64,000 nt of DNA from Eledone cirrhosa. Taxonomy: Eukaryota. A model generated the notes under the pieces. It was given only the letters and a program-made list of their open reading frames with translations. It did no database searches and was not told the DNA's origin. The position numbers and the translations under genes were made by a program. Each line of letters begins with the position of its first letter. Within the stretch, counting starts at the first letter, position 1. This document shows, in pieces, positions 24,905 to 38,871 of this stretch. The stretch is taken from assembly GCA_964016885.1 (NCBI GenBank), contig OZ024743.1, positions 11,656,001 to 11,720,000 of the forward strand, in the 5' to 3' direction.

Positions 24905-26060
24905 CTGAATAGTATGGTAGAATATTAAGTGTTAAATGTTAATTAAACAGGTACTTTCATGCTTTCGCAATCTTCAGGTCCATATTCTGTGGTGACAGTC
25001 AAGTTTGCAATTTTCAACTGTAATGAGATGGGTAAATTTTGTTCCTTATATACAGTGAAAAGCGGCTACAGAATGCTACATTTTTCAAACTGTATTTCGA
25101 CCAATTGGTGTGTAGTTTCACTGGATTACTGAAGCTGATTGGTTTAGGCGTCATGGTTGGTTGAGCATGTCTAACAACTTCTATTTGGCCCTATTCAAAG
25201 CATCAATTGTTTTTCTATTTTTAGAAATGATGTAAATAGCATTTTCTAGGGTTTTTATATCCCTAAGAATTTGTATTGTTCATTTAGCTTGGGTTGGAAT
25301 TTATCAATAAAATCCTTTTCTTTGATTTTTCTCTTGATTGCACTTGGCCTGTGTAATTTGTAGAATGGAAATATTATAAATATTTTCTGACCACATGTTT
25401 CTAGATGGTTACTAAGGGGTATCTGACGGACATTTGGGTCTCTGATTTGCTGTCGGTGCACCCGTGCACGTTCTGATAGTGCATTTCCAGTTTGACCGAC
25501 ATATAGTTCTTCACAATTCGGGCATTTAATGCAGTAAATTAGATTTCTGCTTTTGCATTTGGGAATATTTTTCAAAATTTCAACCCAAGCTAAATGAACA
25601 ATAATAATTCTTAGGGGTATAAAAACCCTAGAAAATGCTATTTTCATCATTTCTAAAAATAGCAAAACAATTGATGCTTTGAATAGGGCCAAATAGAAGT
25701 CGTTAGACATGCCCAAGCAACCGTGATGCCTAAACCAATCAGCTTCAGTAATCCAGTGAAATACAGTTTGAAAAATGTAGCATTCTGTAGCCGCTTTTCA
25801 CTGTATATAAGGCACAAAATTTACCCATCTCATTCCAGTTGAAAATTGTAAAATTGACTGTCACCACAGAATATGAACCTGAAGATTGCGAAAGCATGAG
25901 ATTACTTGTTCAATTAACACTTAATACTTAATATTCTACCATACTATTTCATTCTAATACCATTATAATTTTAAAGGATTATAAATAAAACGAGTAAATC
26001 AGACAAAGTTAGAATTCCTTTTATTAATATAATCTTCTATACACAATCATACACACCCAT
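24905..26060 (-). mobile_element. 5'-truncated Penelope-like element with inverted terminal repeat
   Basis: GIY-YIG domain (CKSRNLIYCIKCPNCEELYVGQTG..RVHRQQI..FQPKLN, ~25258-25560, minus); ~390 bp arms 24908-25297 and 25577-25950 are inverted; mutated hammerheads at 24945-24982(-) and 25874-25912(+); (TA)n on both flanks. Confidence 0.9.
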
Positions 26061-26091
26061 GTATATTTATTTATATATATGTATATATATA

Positions 26092-26152
<61 letters not shown>

Positions 26153-26575
26153 CTTTTAAGCTATTTTGTCGTATCTCTGTTCAGGAACACACCACTTATA
26201 TTAAATTTATCTCCCTGGAGCTTTGTAAAAGTCTAAGAGATTGGCTACATATATGTTTTATATATATATATTTTTTTTGTTTAGATGGAAGACAAAACAA
26301 AGAAGATGAATACAAAGATGAAGAAGATAAAGATAAAGATGAAGAACCTCACTGCATCGCACTGCACAATACCGCACTGCACAACACCACACAGAACCGC
26401 ACCGCACTGCACCACACCACAGTGCACCCCACCACATCACACCACACATCACCACACCACATAAAAACATACAACATTACACCACACTACTCCACAACAC
26501 ACCACTCCTCACTACAACACAACACACCACTCCTCACTACAACACAACACAACACTCCACACGACATAACACCCA

Positions 26576-27795
26576 AAATTTTTTCCTCGTCTTTTTTTCA
26601 TGTGTTATCAACTAATCTGATCTCCAAGATGTTTGTTATTGACTTTCTCTTCATGGAAAACTTAGGTGGATGCACTTCTCTCATTTAACCCCAGAGTTTT
26701 CTCTAAGATTTTTCGTATGTTATCAATGAATATGACCTCCAAACCAGTTGGAAATGATTAGTTGTTCTAGGAAAAAGGAGGGGTAAAGCAGGTGGAAAAA
26801 CCATTGTCGTTTTGTAGATATATTCCCTAATGATTTTTCTTCGGTCTCCTTTTCAGTGCTATCAACTAATCTGACCTTTTAGTTGCTCTGAATCAATTTT
26901 TTTTTCCTGGGATTTGGAAACTAAAACTAAATTAAACATAAAATTAAATCTAGCCCCAACCCTAAACTCTAAATCTAAACCAAACGAAGCTAAATCTAAA
27001 TATAAACATTACCCCAACCCTTAAACTAAACCCTAAACTATACCCCAACCATAAAACTAAACCCTAAACTATACCCCAACCATAAAACTAAACCCTAAAC
27101 ATTACCCCAACCATAAAACTAAACCCTAAACTTTACCCCAAACCTAAAACTAAACCCTAAACTTTACCCCTAAAACTAAACCCTAAACTTTACCCCAACC
27201 CTAAAACTAGACCCTAAACATTACCCCAGCCTTAAAACTAAACCCTAAACTTTACCCCAATCCTAAAACTAAACCCTAAACCTAACCCAGGGAAATAAAT
27301 TGATTGGAAGTATCTAGGAGGTCAGATTAATTAATAGCACAGAAAATAGCATAGGAAATAGCATAGGAATTAGCATAGGAATTAGCATAGGATTAGCATA
27401 GGAATTAGCATAGGAATTAGCATAGGATTTAGCATAGGAATTAGCATAGGATTTAGCATAGGAATTAGCATAGGAATTAGCATAGGAAATAGCATAGGAA
27501 ATATACCGAAAATGATTAAGTCCCACAACATGTGAGTAGGGTGTAGATCTGCAAAACTCTTCCCCTCTCCCTCTCCTCTTTCTCCAAAGCTAGTTGTTTT
27601 TGACTGGTTTGAAAGTCATATTCACTGATAACGCATGAAAATAGAATCAAAGAGAAAATTCCGAGTAAGCAGGGGTTATCCGGGTGAAGAGGGAACCACC
27701 TCACCCCGCCGTTTTCCTGGAGGGAAAACGTCAGTTTCAAGCATCTTGGAGATTGGATTAGTTGATAGCACATGAAAAATAGGATGAAAAAATTT
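26576..27795. mobile_element. ~1.2 kb nested-palindrome (fold-back) element with central telomere-like array
   Basis: Outer arms 26592-26790 vs 27560-27779 and inner arms 26850-26911 vs 27286-27346 are inverted; core is a ~30-bp unit taaaactaaaccctaaactataccccaacc. Confidence 0.7.
27346..27500. repeat. 12-bp tandem repeat (tagcataggaat), ~13 copies
   Basis: Direct reading. Confidence 0.95.
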
Positions 27796-28150
27796 CACAT
27801 CACATCACACCTCCTCTCGTCTCACCTCATTTCACCACGCCACGCCACATTTCATCACATCACATCACATTTCACCACGCCACGCCACATTTCATCACAT
27901 CACATCACATTTCACCATGCCACATCACATCACACCACATGCTACCACACTATATCCCACCACACTCCACTACACCATATCCCCACCCTACATTGAACCA
28001 CACTCCACTCCACTCCACCACACTCCACTCCACCATACTCCACTACACCACACCACTAAACCACACTCCACTACACTACACCACACCACTGTCCACTACA
28101 CTAAACCACACTCCACTACACTACACCACACTACGCTACACCACACCACT
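27796..28150. repeat. Degenerate C/A-rich pentamer repeat (cacat/cacca/cacta); similar tracts at 26350-26575 and 29260-29470
   Basis: Direct reading. Confidence 0.85.
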
Positions 28151-29047
28151 GTCTATTCGACTGTTTTCTATTTCGTAGGTATGTCCAGTTACAGTAAGAG
28201 AAAGTAATTTCAAAGGATCTGAGTAAGTAAACACTTCATTGACCATCATTTTAAGCAGAATCTCAGTGTAGTTTTAAATTGACCTTTTCATATGATTACA
28301 CCTCAGTCTTAACTTAATCACCTGTAGATGGATGCTACATGTAATGTTAAAATTAGTTAAACACTGTTTCCCCCTTCTCATCACATGTGGATGCTACATG
28401 TGTATTGTTAACATTAATCTCACGTTGTGTGTCCCCCCCCCCCCGCCTCACCATATCATACCACACCACATCACACCATGTTGTACCACACCAGACCACA
28501 TAACACCATGCTATACCATATATATATATATATGAGCTCTCCACTCGTTATATTAACTGTATCTCCTCGGTGTTTCGTGAAAGTCTGAGAGATCAGCTAT
28601 ATATTTGTTTACAATTTTTTTTTTATATTTAGATGGAAAAGAAGAAAAAGACGACGAAGCAGATGACTAAAATGAAAATGACAACAAAGACAAAGAAGAC
28701 ACAGGAAACGAAGATGACGAAAAGAAGAAGAAAGTATGATCTCAGTTCAGTCTAAACCTAATGATTTATAGATATGATCTTAGTTCAGCCTTAACCTAAT
28801 GACCTGTAGATACGATCTATTTAGGTTTAACTTAAACATTCAAAGATATTTGTATATACTTTTGTTGATATTTGACATTGTTTTTTAGTTATGAAATAGC
28901 TTATAAGCTACATTATAGGATCACAGTGCATGAGCACACTGCTCTTTAAATTAACTTTATCTCCTCACCACTTTGTAAAGTCTGAGAGATAGGCAACATA
29001 TGTTTTACATTCTTTGTTTTTGGTATTTAGATGGCAGAGGAGAAGAT

Positions 29048-29191
29048 AAAGGCACAGAAGAAGTCAAAAGCACAGAAGAAGTCAAAAGCACAGAAGAAGT
29101 CAAAAGCACAGAAGAAGTCAAAAGCACAGAAGAAGTCAAAGGCACAGAAGAAGTCAAAGGCACAGAAGAAGTCAAAGGCACAGAAGAAGTC
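29048..29191. repeat. 18-bp tandem repeat (aaaRgcacagaagaagtc) x8
   Basis: Direct reading; lies in an exon-like unit after a tttag acceptor. Confidence 0.95.
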
Positions 29192-29509
29192 AAAGAAAAT
29201 GAACAAGAACAATTATTATTACTATTATTATTATTATTATTTGTATTATTATAATCAAACTAAGCCACACTACATCAACCTATACCACACCACACCACAC
29301 TGACAAACATTATACCATACCACATTATCCAACACCACACTACGAAACACTGTACGACCTCACATCAGACCATGCTACGAAACAATATACCATACTACAC
29401 TATACAACAATAGACAACACCACACAAGACTATGAAACACTATACTTTACCACACTATATCACACCACTCAAGTTAGAGAGGATCAACTTTTTTTCCTGG
29501 AAAGTAGAA

Positions 29510-32500
29510 AACCTAACTTTAAGCTAAAACCGAACTTTAAAAATAACACTTGCACTCACACAGGCTCTAACAGTGAACTTAGCGCTAACATGAAAACTAA
29601 CACAAACAAACATTAAATAGAAAACTAACACAAACACTAACCTGAACACAAACACTAACCTGAACACTAACACTAACCTGAACACTAACACTAACCTGAA
29701 CACTAACACTAACCTGAACACTAACACTAACCTGAACACTAACACTAAAACTGACACTAACACTAAAACTGACACTAACACTAACACTAACCTGAACACC
29801 AGCACTAAAACTAACACTACCGTAAACACTAATACAAACACTAACACAAACACTAACACTAACCTGAACACTTACACTAAAACTAACATTAGCACAAACA
29901 TTAGCCTGAACACTAGCACTAACACTACCATAAACACTAACACTGACATGAGCACTAACACAAACACTAATCTGAAAACTGATACTAATCAGAAAACTAA
30001 GCTAACATTAACTTCAACACTAAAACAAACACTAACGCTAACAAAGATACTAACACAAATATTAACACAAACACTAACACAATCTCTAACACTAACCTCA
30101 ACAGTAACACTAAAACTAACATTAACTTGAACACTAACTCTAACCTGAAAACTAAGCTAACATTAACCTGAACACTAACATAAACACTAATGCTAACACT
30201 AACAGAAATACTAATGCTAACATTAACGCTAACCTTAACACAAAAACAAAGACTAACGCTAACACAATCACTAACACTAATGGAAACAGCAAACACTAAT
30301 GCTAACAGAGATACTAACACAAATATTAACACAAAAACAAATACTAACACTAACACAATCTCTAACACTAACCTTAACACTAAAACTAACCTGAACACTA
30401 ACACTAAAACTGATACTAACCAGAAAACTAAGCTAACATTAACCTCAACACTAAAACAAACACTAACATTAACAGAAAAACAAAGACTAGCACTAACACT
30501 AATGGAAACACTAACACAAAATAAAATACTAACACTAATGGAAAAAATAACACTAACACTAAAACTAACACTAACCTGAACACTAACACTAAAACTGACA
30601 TTAATACGAACATTAACCTGAACACTAACACTACCATAAACCACTAACCTGAGCACTAACACTAAAAGTAACACGAGCCCTAATCTGAAAACTAACACTA
30701 ACCAGAAAACTAAGTCAACATTAACCTGAACACTAACACAAACACTAACCTGAACACTAACACTAACAAAAATGCTAACACTAATACAAAATCAAACACG
30801 AACACTAATGGAAACACTAACACAATCGCTTACGCTGACACAAACATTAACGTGAATACTGATGCAGTTGCAAAGGCAAATGCTGACAAAGACTCTGATG
30901 CACACACTGCTGTAAATGCTACACAGACTCTAACGCTGACGTGGACACTGACACAAATGCTCACGCTAATGCAAACACTAAAGCAAATACAGACACTAAT
31001 GCAAACACAGACGCAAATGTTGATGCAAATGTTGATGCAGATGTTAAAGCAAACGCAAATGCTGACGCAAACGATGACAGCGATGCTAATGTGAACCTTA
31101 ACGCAGACGTAAACATTGATGTAGAAGCTAAAGGAAACACAAATGAAAATGCTGAGGCAGAGGCTAACACACGTTAACACAGATGCTAACGTAAACACTG
31201 ATGCAGATGTTAATATAAACACTGACGCAGACGCTAACATAAACGCTGACACAGATGCTAACACACGTTGACGCAGATGCTAACGTAAATGATGACACAG
31301 ACACTAATGTAAACGATGACGTAGAAGCTAACGTAAACGCTGACACAGACGCAAATGTAAACGCTGACACAGACACTAATGTAAGCGCTGATGTAGAAGC
31401 TAATGTAGATGCAGACGTAGAAGCTAATGTAAACGATGACGGAGATGTAGATGTAAATACTGACGCTGACACAAACACGGTCGGAAACGCTGACGTAGAA
31501 GCTGACGAGATGCTGATGTAGAAGCTAACGTAAACGCTGACGTAGAAGCTAACAAAACGCTGACGTAGTTGTTACGTAGAAGCAGGCGTAGAAGTTAGCG
31601 TTTACCCTTACCGCCGAAGCTGATCTCCAAAACGCAATTGCTGATGCGGATTGCTGAAGCCAAAGCCAAGCTAACGCTGACGCAAATGTTGAGGCAGTAT
31701 TGCCAGGCGCTGACGTGTATGCTGACGCTAATGCAAATGCTGATGCGGACGCTAGGGCTAAGGCTAACGCTAACGCTGACGCAAATGCTGAAGTTAACGC
31801 TTACATGGGATATGCAGACGCTGCAATGATGCGGACGCCACAGGAAAGGTTAATGGAAACGCTAATGCTAACGGAAAACGCTGACGTACACGTTAAGGAA
31901 ACGCTGACGTAGAAGCTAACGTAAATGCTGACACAGACGCTAACGTAAACGCTGACACAGACGCTAAGGTATACACTGACGTTAACTGAAACGCTGACGC
32001 TGATGTAGATGTAAATACTGACACAGACACAGACACGGTCGGAAACGCTGACGTAGAAGCTAACGGAAATGCTGACGTAGAAGCTAACGGAAATGCTGAC
32101 GTAGAAGCTAACGGAAATGCTGACGTAGAAGCTAACGGAAATGCTGACGTAGAAGCTAACGGAAATGCTGACGTAGAAGCTAACGGAAATGCTGACAAAG
32201 ACGTTAAAGGAAACGCTGTCGCAAACGCTAACGCTAATGTGAATGCTGATGCAGATGCTGACGCAAATGCTAACCCCTACACAAATGCAAACGCTGATGC
32301 TAACACTGACTCAAACACTAATGCAAATGCTGACGTGCACGCTGATGCAAACGCTGACACTGAGGGAAATGCTGACACTGACACAAGTGCTGGGACGCTA
32401 ATGATAATGCTGACTCAGAAGCTGACGTAGACGCAGGCACTGAAACAAACACTAATGCTAACACTAATGTTGACTCAGACGCTAAGGGAAATGCTGACAC

Positions 32501-32800
32501 AATCACTATCACCAATGCAGACGCTGACGCAAATGCTGACATAGATGCTGACACTTACGCAAACACTAAGGCTAATCCAAACACTAACGCAGATGCTAAC
32601 ACCAGTCTACATAGACACTAACACAAAAGCTTACATAGACGCTTATGCAAATGCTAACGCTGATGCAGACAGTAACGCAAACAGTAACTGTAAGAGTAAC
32701 AGTTACAGTAACACTAACAGTGACAGTAATGCTAACAGTAACACAGTCACTAACAATAAACTTACCATTAACAATAAAACTTACACTAACCCTAAATCTA
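29510..32800. repeat. 3.3 kb hexamer-periodic degenerate array: (ACTAAC)n grading into (GCTGAC/GCTAAC/GATGCA)n; includes 24-bp unit ggaaatgctgacgtagaagctaac x~6 at 32041-32196
   Basis: Strong 6-bp periodicity throughout; short inverted flanks actttttttcctgga (29487) / tccagagaaaaaagt (32808). Confidence 0.85.
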
Positions 32801-32919
32801 AAATTAATCCAGAGAAAAAAGTCATTTGCAATCACATTTAAGGTCACTCTTTAAGATATAGAAGATAGGCATTATATTTTAATGATTTTAATTTAAAGAG
32901 AATCACGCTATAAGATGCA

Positions 32920-35900
32920 ACACAATAACACACCACACCACACTAACCTACACTACACCAAACCAGATTATACCATACCTTGGTAAATTTATTATAGGTT
33001 TCCATGTTATAACTACACCAAACCATACCAAACTACATCAAACCAAACCAAACCATAACAAACTACACCATACTACATCACACCATGCTATTGAACTCAG
33101 TGTGAAAAATGTTCTTCCTGCTTTTTTTTTGTGTGTGTGTGTGCTTACCACCCAATCTGACATTAAAAGTGTTCGCAATTAACTATTTTTTGCACATATT
33201 ATCAATGAAGACTTTGAAACCTGTTGAAAATGACTAGCTTTGTAGAAAAAAGAGGGCGGAAAGTGGGTGGAAATACAAAGCTTGTCATTTTTGATTGCAG
33301 TGAAAGTCATATTTGTTGTTAATATGGTAATGGAGGCACATGGCTTAGTAGTTAGAGCAGCAGCCTTGCAATCGAAAGGTTGTGAGTTCAATTCTCAGAC
33401 CGGGTGGTGTGTTGTTTCCTTGAGCAAGACACTTTATTTCACATTGCTCCAGTTTACTCAGCTGTAGAAATGAGATGATAGGGAGTGGGGTCCCTATCAT
33501 TCCACTACAAAGTGGTCGTGTAGGTGCCACGGCAAAAACCACCCAGCACTAACTGTAAATGAGGTTGGTGTTAGGAAGAGCATCCAGCTGTAGAAATCAA
33601 GCCAGGATCAGTTCCCGCCCCACCCTTGCAAGCAGGGAAAAGTGGACGTAAAATGATGATGATGATGGTAAAAGCATAGTCGGCTGTGAGCATGTTGGAG
33701 GTTGGAAAACCATACCACATTAAACTACACCAAACTACACCATACCAAACTACACCATATTACATCACACCATGCTATTAATCTCAGTGAGAACATTTTT
33801 CTTCCTGTTTTTTTTCTTTTCTGTGTGTGTGTGTGCTTACCACCCAATCTGATATCAAAGGTGCTCACAAATGACTATTTTTTTACACATTATCAATGTA
33901 TATAACATGGAATTCTAACATTTGCAATAGGTTCCCATGTCATAACTACAACAATCCAAACTACACCACAACAAACTACACCATTCTACATCACACCATG
34001 CTTTTGATCTCAGTGTGAAATATTTTCTTCCTGTTTCTTTTTTTTTTTTTTGTGTGTGTTCTTACCACCTAATCTGACATCAAAGGTACTGCAATTGACT
34101 ATTTTTCGCACATATCAATAATTATGACATGGAAAACTGTCGAAAATGACGAGCTTTGTAGAAAAAAGAGGGAGGATGCGGGTGGAAATACCATTTACAA
34201 AGCTCGTCATTTTTTATTGCAGCGGAAGTCATATTTTTTGTTAATATGCTAAAAGCATAGTGTACTGCAAGCATCTTGGAAGTTGTATTAGTTGGTAGCA
34301 CATGTTAAAGTGAAGGAAAAAATTTTTTTCTTACATAAATCAAAGTGGAAATTTAATTCCTTACTTATAACAAAGCACACCACACCACATTAATCTACCC
34401 CAAACCACACCATATCAAACAGCACCATATTATGGTAAATTTATTACAGAACACATACTCCTATCATTTACATCACACCATGGTATGGACATCAATGTGA
34501 CAAATTTGCTACCTGCTTTTTTTTATTTTTTGTGTTTACCACCCAAACTAACATCAAAGGTGCTTGCAAATGACTATTTTCCCCACACATTATCAATGAA
34601 TATGACATGGGAATCTATCGTTTACAATTGGTTTCCATTTCATAACTTCACCGAACCAAACCAAACCAAACCACACCATACCAAGTTACACCATACTACA
34701 TCACACCAAGCTATTGATCTTGGTGTGAAACATTTTCTTCCCGTTTCATTTTTCTTTTTTTGTGTGTGTGCTTACCCCGCAAACTGACATTAAAGGTGCT
34801 CCCAATTGACTATTTTTTTTCCACTTATCAATAATTATGACATGGAAACCTGTCGAAAATGACTATCTTTGTAGAAACTTCACCAAACCACACCATACTA
34901 CATCACACCAAGCTATTGATTTTGGTGTGACAAATTTTCATCAGGCAATTTTTTTTTTTTTTTTTTTTTTCTCTGCTTACCACCCAATTTGACATAAATG
35001 GTGCTCGCAAATTACTATTTTATGCACATATTATCAATGGTTATGACATGGAAACCTGATGAAAATGACTAGTTTTGTAGGAAAAAGAGGGAGGATGTGG
35101 GTGGAAATACCATTTACAAAGCTAGTCATTTTTTATTGCAGCGGAAGTCATATTTTTTGTTAATATGCTAAAAGCATAGTACACTGCAAGCATCTTGGAA
35201 GTTGTATTAGTTGATAGCACATGCAAAAGTGAAGGAAAAAATTTTTTTCTTACATAAATCAAAGTGGAAATTTAATTCCTTACTTATAACAAAGCACACC
35301 ACACCACATTAATCTACCCCAAACCACACCATATCAAACAGCACCATATTATGGTAAATTTATTACAGAACACATACTCCTATCATTTACATCACACCAT
35401 GGTATGGACATCAATGTGACAAATTTGCTACCTGCTTTTTTTTATTTTTTGTGTTTACCACCCAAACTAACATCAAAGGTGCTTGCAAATGACTATTTTC
35501 CCCACACATTATCAATGAATATGACATGGGAATCTATCGTTTACAATTGGTTTCCATTTCATAACTTCACCAAACCAAACCAAACCACACCATACCAAGT
35601 TACACCATACTACATCACACCAAGCTATTGATCTTGGTGTGAAACATTTTCTTCCCGTTTCCTTTTTTTTTTTTTGTGTGTGTGCTTACCCCCCCAATCT
35701 GACATTAATCTACCCCAATCCACACCATAACCATATTTCACTATATGGTAAATTTATTACAAAACACTTACTCCTACCATTTACATCACACCATGGTATG
35801 GATATCAATGTGACAAATTTGCTACCTGCTTTTTTTTTTTTTGTGGTTACCACCTCAAACTAACATCAAAGGTGCTTGCAAATGACTATTTTCCCCACAC

Positions 35901-38370
35901 ATTATCAATGAATATGACATGGGAATAGGTTTCCATTTCATAACTTCACCAAACCAAACCATACCAAGTTACACCATACTACATCACACCAAGCTATTGA
36001 TCTTGGTGTGAAACATTTTCTTCCCGTTTCCTTTTTTTTTTTTTTTTGTGTGTGCTTACTACCCAATCTGACATTAAAGGTGCTCCCAATTGACTATTTT
36101 TTTTCTACTTATCAATAATTATGACATGGAAACCTGTCGAAAATGACTATCTTTGTAGAAACTTCACCAAACCACACCATACTACATCACACCAAGCTAT
36201 TAATTTTGGTGTGACAAATTTTCATCAGGCAATTTTTTTTTATTTTATTTTTTTTTATGCTTACCACCCAATTTGACATAAATGGTGCTCGCAAATTACT
36301 ATTTTATGCACATATTATCAATGGTTATGACATGGAAACCTGATGAAAATGACTAGCTTTGTAGAAAAAAGAGGGAGGATGTGGGTGGAAATACCATTTA
36401 CAAAGCTAGTCATTTTTTATTGCAGCGGAAGTCATATTTTTTGTTAATATGCTAAAAGCATAGTGTACTGCAAGCATCTTGGAAGTTGTATTAGTTGGTA
36501 GCACATGTTAAAGTGAAGGGAAACATTTTTTTCTTACATAAATCAAAGTGGAAATTTAATTCCTTACTTATAACAAAGCACACCACACCACATTAATCTA
36601 CCCCAAACCACACCATATCAAACAGCACCATATTATGGTAAATTTATTACAGAACACATACTCCTATCATTTACATCACACCATGGTATGGACAACAATG
36701 TGACAAATTTGCTACCTGCTTTTTTTTATTTTTTGTGTTTACCACCCAAACTAACATGAAAGGTGCTTGCAAATGACTATTTTTCCCACACATTATCAAT
36801 GAATATGACATGGGAATCTATCGTTTACAATTGGTTTCCATTTCATAACTTCACCGAACCAAACCAAACCACACCATACCAAGTTACACCATACTACATC
36901 ACACCAAGCTATTGATCTTGGTGCGAAACATTTTCTTCCCGTTTCCTCTTTTTTTTTTGTGTGTGTGTGCTTACCCCGCAAACTGACATTAAAGGTGCTC
37001 CCAATTGACTATTTTTTTTCCACTTATCAATAATTATGACATGGAAACCTGTCGAAAATGACTATCTTTGTAGAAACTTCGCCAAACCACACCATACTAC
37101 ATCACACCAAGCTATTGATTTTGGTGTGAAACATTTTCTTCCCGTTTCCTTTTTTTTTTTTTGTGTGTGTGCTTACGCCCCCAATCTGACATTAATCTAC
37201 CCCAATCCACACCATAACCATATTTCACTATATGGTAAATTTATTACAAAACACTTACTCCTACCATTTACATCACACCATGGTATGGATATCAATGTGA
37301 CAAATTTGCTACCTGCTTTTTTTTTTTTTGTGGTTACCACCTCAAACTAACATCAAAGGTGCTTGCAAATGACTATTTTCCCACATTATCAATGAATATG
37401 ACATGGGAATAGGTTTCCATTTCATAACTTCACCAAACCAAACCATACCAAGTTACACCATACTACATCACACCAAGCTATTGATCTTGGTGTGAAACAT
37501 TTTCTTCCCGTTTCATTTTTTTTTTTTTTGTGTGTGTGCTTACTACCCAATCTGACATTAAAGGTGCTCCCAATTGACTATTTTTTTTCTACTTATCAAT
37601 AATTATGACATGGAAACCTGTCGAAAATGACTATCTTTGTAGAAACTTCACCAAACCACACCATACTACATCACACCAGGCTATTAATTTTGGTGTGACA
37701 AATTTTCATCAGGCAATTTTTTTTTTTTTTTTTCTTTTTTATGCTTACCACCCAATTTGACATAAATGGTGCTCGCAAATTACTATTTTATGCACATATT
37801 ATCAATGGTTATGACATGGAAACCTGATGAAAATGACTAGCTTTTTAGAAAAAAGAGGGAGGATGTGGGTGGAAATACCATTTGCAAAGCTAGTCATTTT
37901 TTATTGCAGCGGAAGTCATATTTTTTGTTAATATGCTAAAAGCATAGTGTACTGCGAGCATCTTGGAAGTTGTATTAGTTGATAGCACATGCAAAAGTGA
38001 AGGAAAACATTTTTTTCTAACATAAATCAAAGTGGAAATTTAAATCCTCACCACAGCACATTAATCTACCCCAATCCACACTATAACCATACTTCACCAT
38101 ATGGTAAATTTATGACAGAACACCTACTCCTACCATTTACATCAAACCAATGCTCGCAGTTGACTATTTTTTTCACATATTATGAATGAATATAACTTTG
38201 AAACCTATCGTCAATGATTAGCTTTGTAGAAAAATGAAAGCAGAAAGTGGGTGGAAAAACCATTCACAAAGCTAGTCATTTTTAATTGCAGTGGAAATCA
38301 TATTTGTTGTTAATATGCTAAAGAAATAGTCAATTGCAAGCATTTTGGAGGTCGGATTAGTTGATAGGAC
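32920..38370. repeat. Modular macrosatellite with higher-order units of ~0.92, 1.28 and 1.48 kb
   Basis: Marker gcatcttggaagttgtattagttg at 34271, 35190, 36474, 37958; units built from recurring ~190-200 bp sub-modules. Confidence 0.9.
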
Positions 38371-38827
38371 ATAAAAAAAACAAAGAAAACAAATATTGTC
38401 TATATGTTCCTGTGGAAAGTCGGGGCTTCTGTATTACTGTGTGACGCCAGAGGTCATGGTCGTTTGTCATTGCCCTTGAGAGGTGCAATTGGGAAAGGTC
38501 GGCTTAGAAATATTTACTTTTGCGTTCACAGATTGATTTTTTTTTTTTAGTTTCAAAAGATACCATTAAGGGTGAAAGCAGCCGATTCTTTGCTTAAACT
38601 TTAATCTGTTATTTTAATAAATATTTGCTCTACGGTTCTTATATAATTGATATATATTTATCCCTATCGAGCCCTCTTTGGATTTTAGTCTTCATATGTA
38701 TTATTATTACTATATAAGATACATACATATATACATACATACATACATATATACACATATATATATATGTGTATATATATGTATGTATGTGTATATATAT
38801 GTATGTATGTATGTGTATATATGTATG

Positions 38828-38869
<42 letters not shown>

Positions 38870-38871
<2 letters not shown>

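Noticed and set aside
25255-25716. 153-aa ORF as a stand-alone GIY-YIG nuclease gene with hydrophobic leader
   Set aside because: The N-terminal part is antisense read-through of the inverted repeat arm; only the C-terminal ~100 aa is PLE endonuclease.
26920-27290. True telomere or interstitial TTAGGG array
   Set aside because: Units are degenerate 30-mers inside an inverted-repeat element, not (TTAGGG)n.
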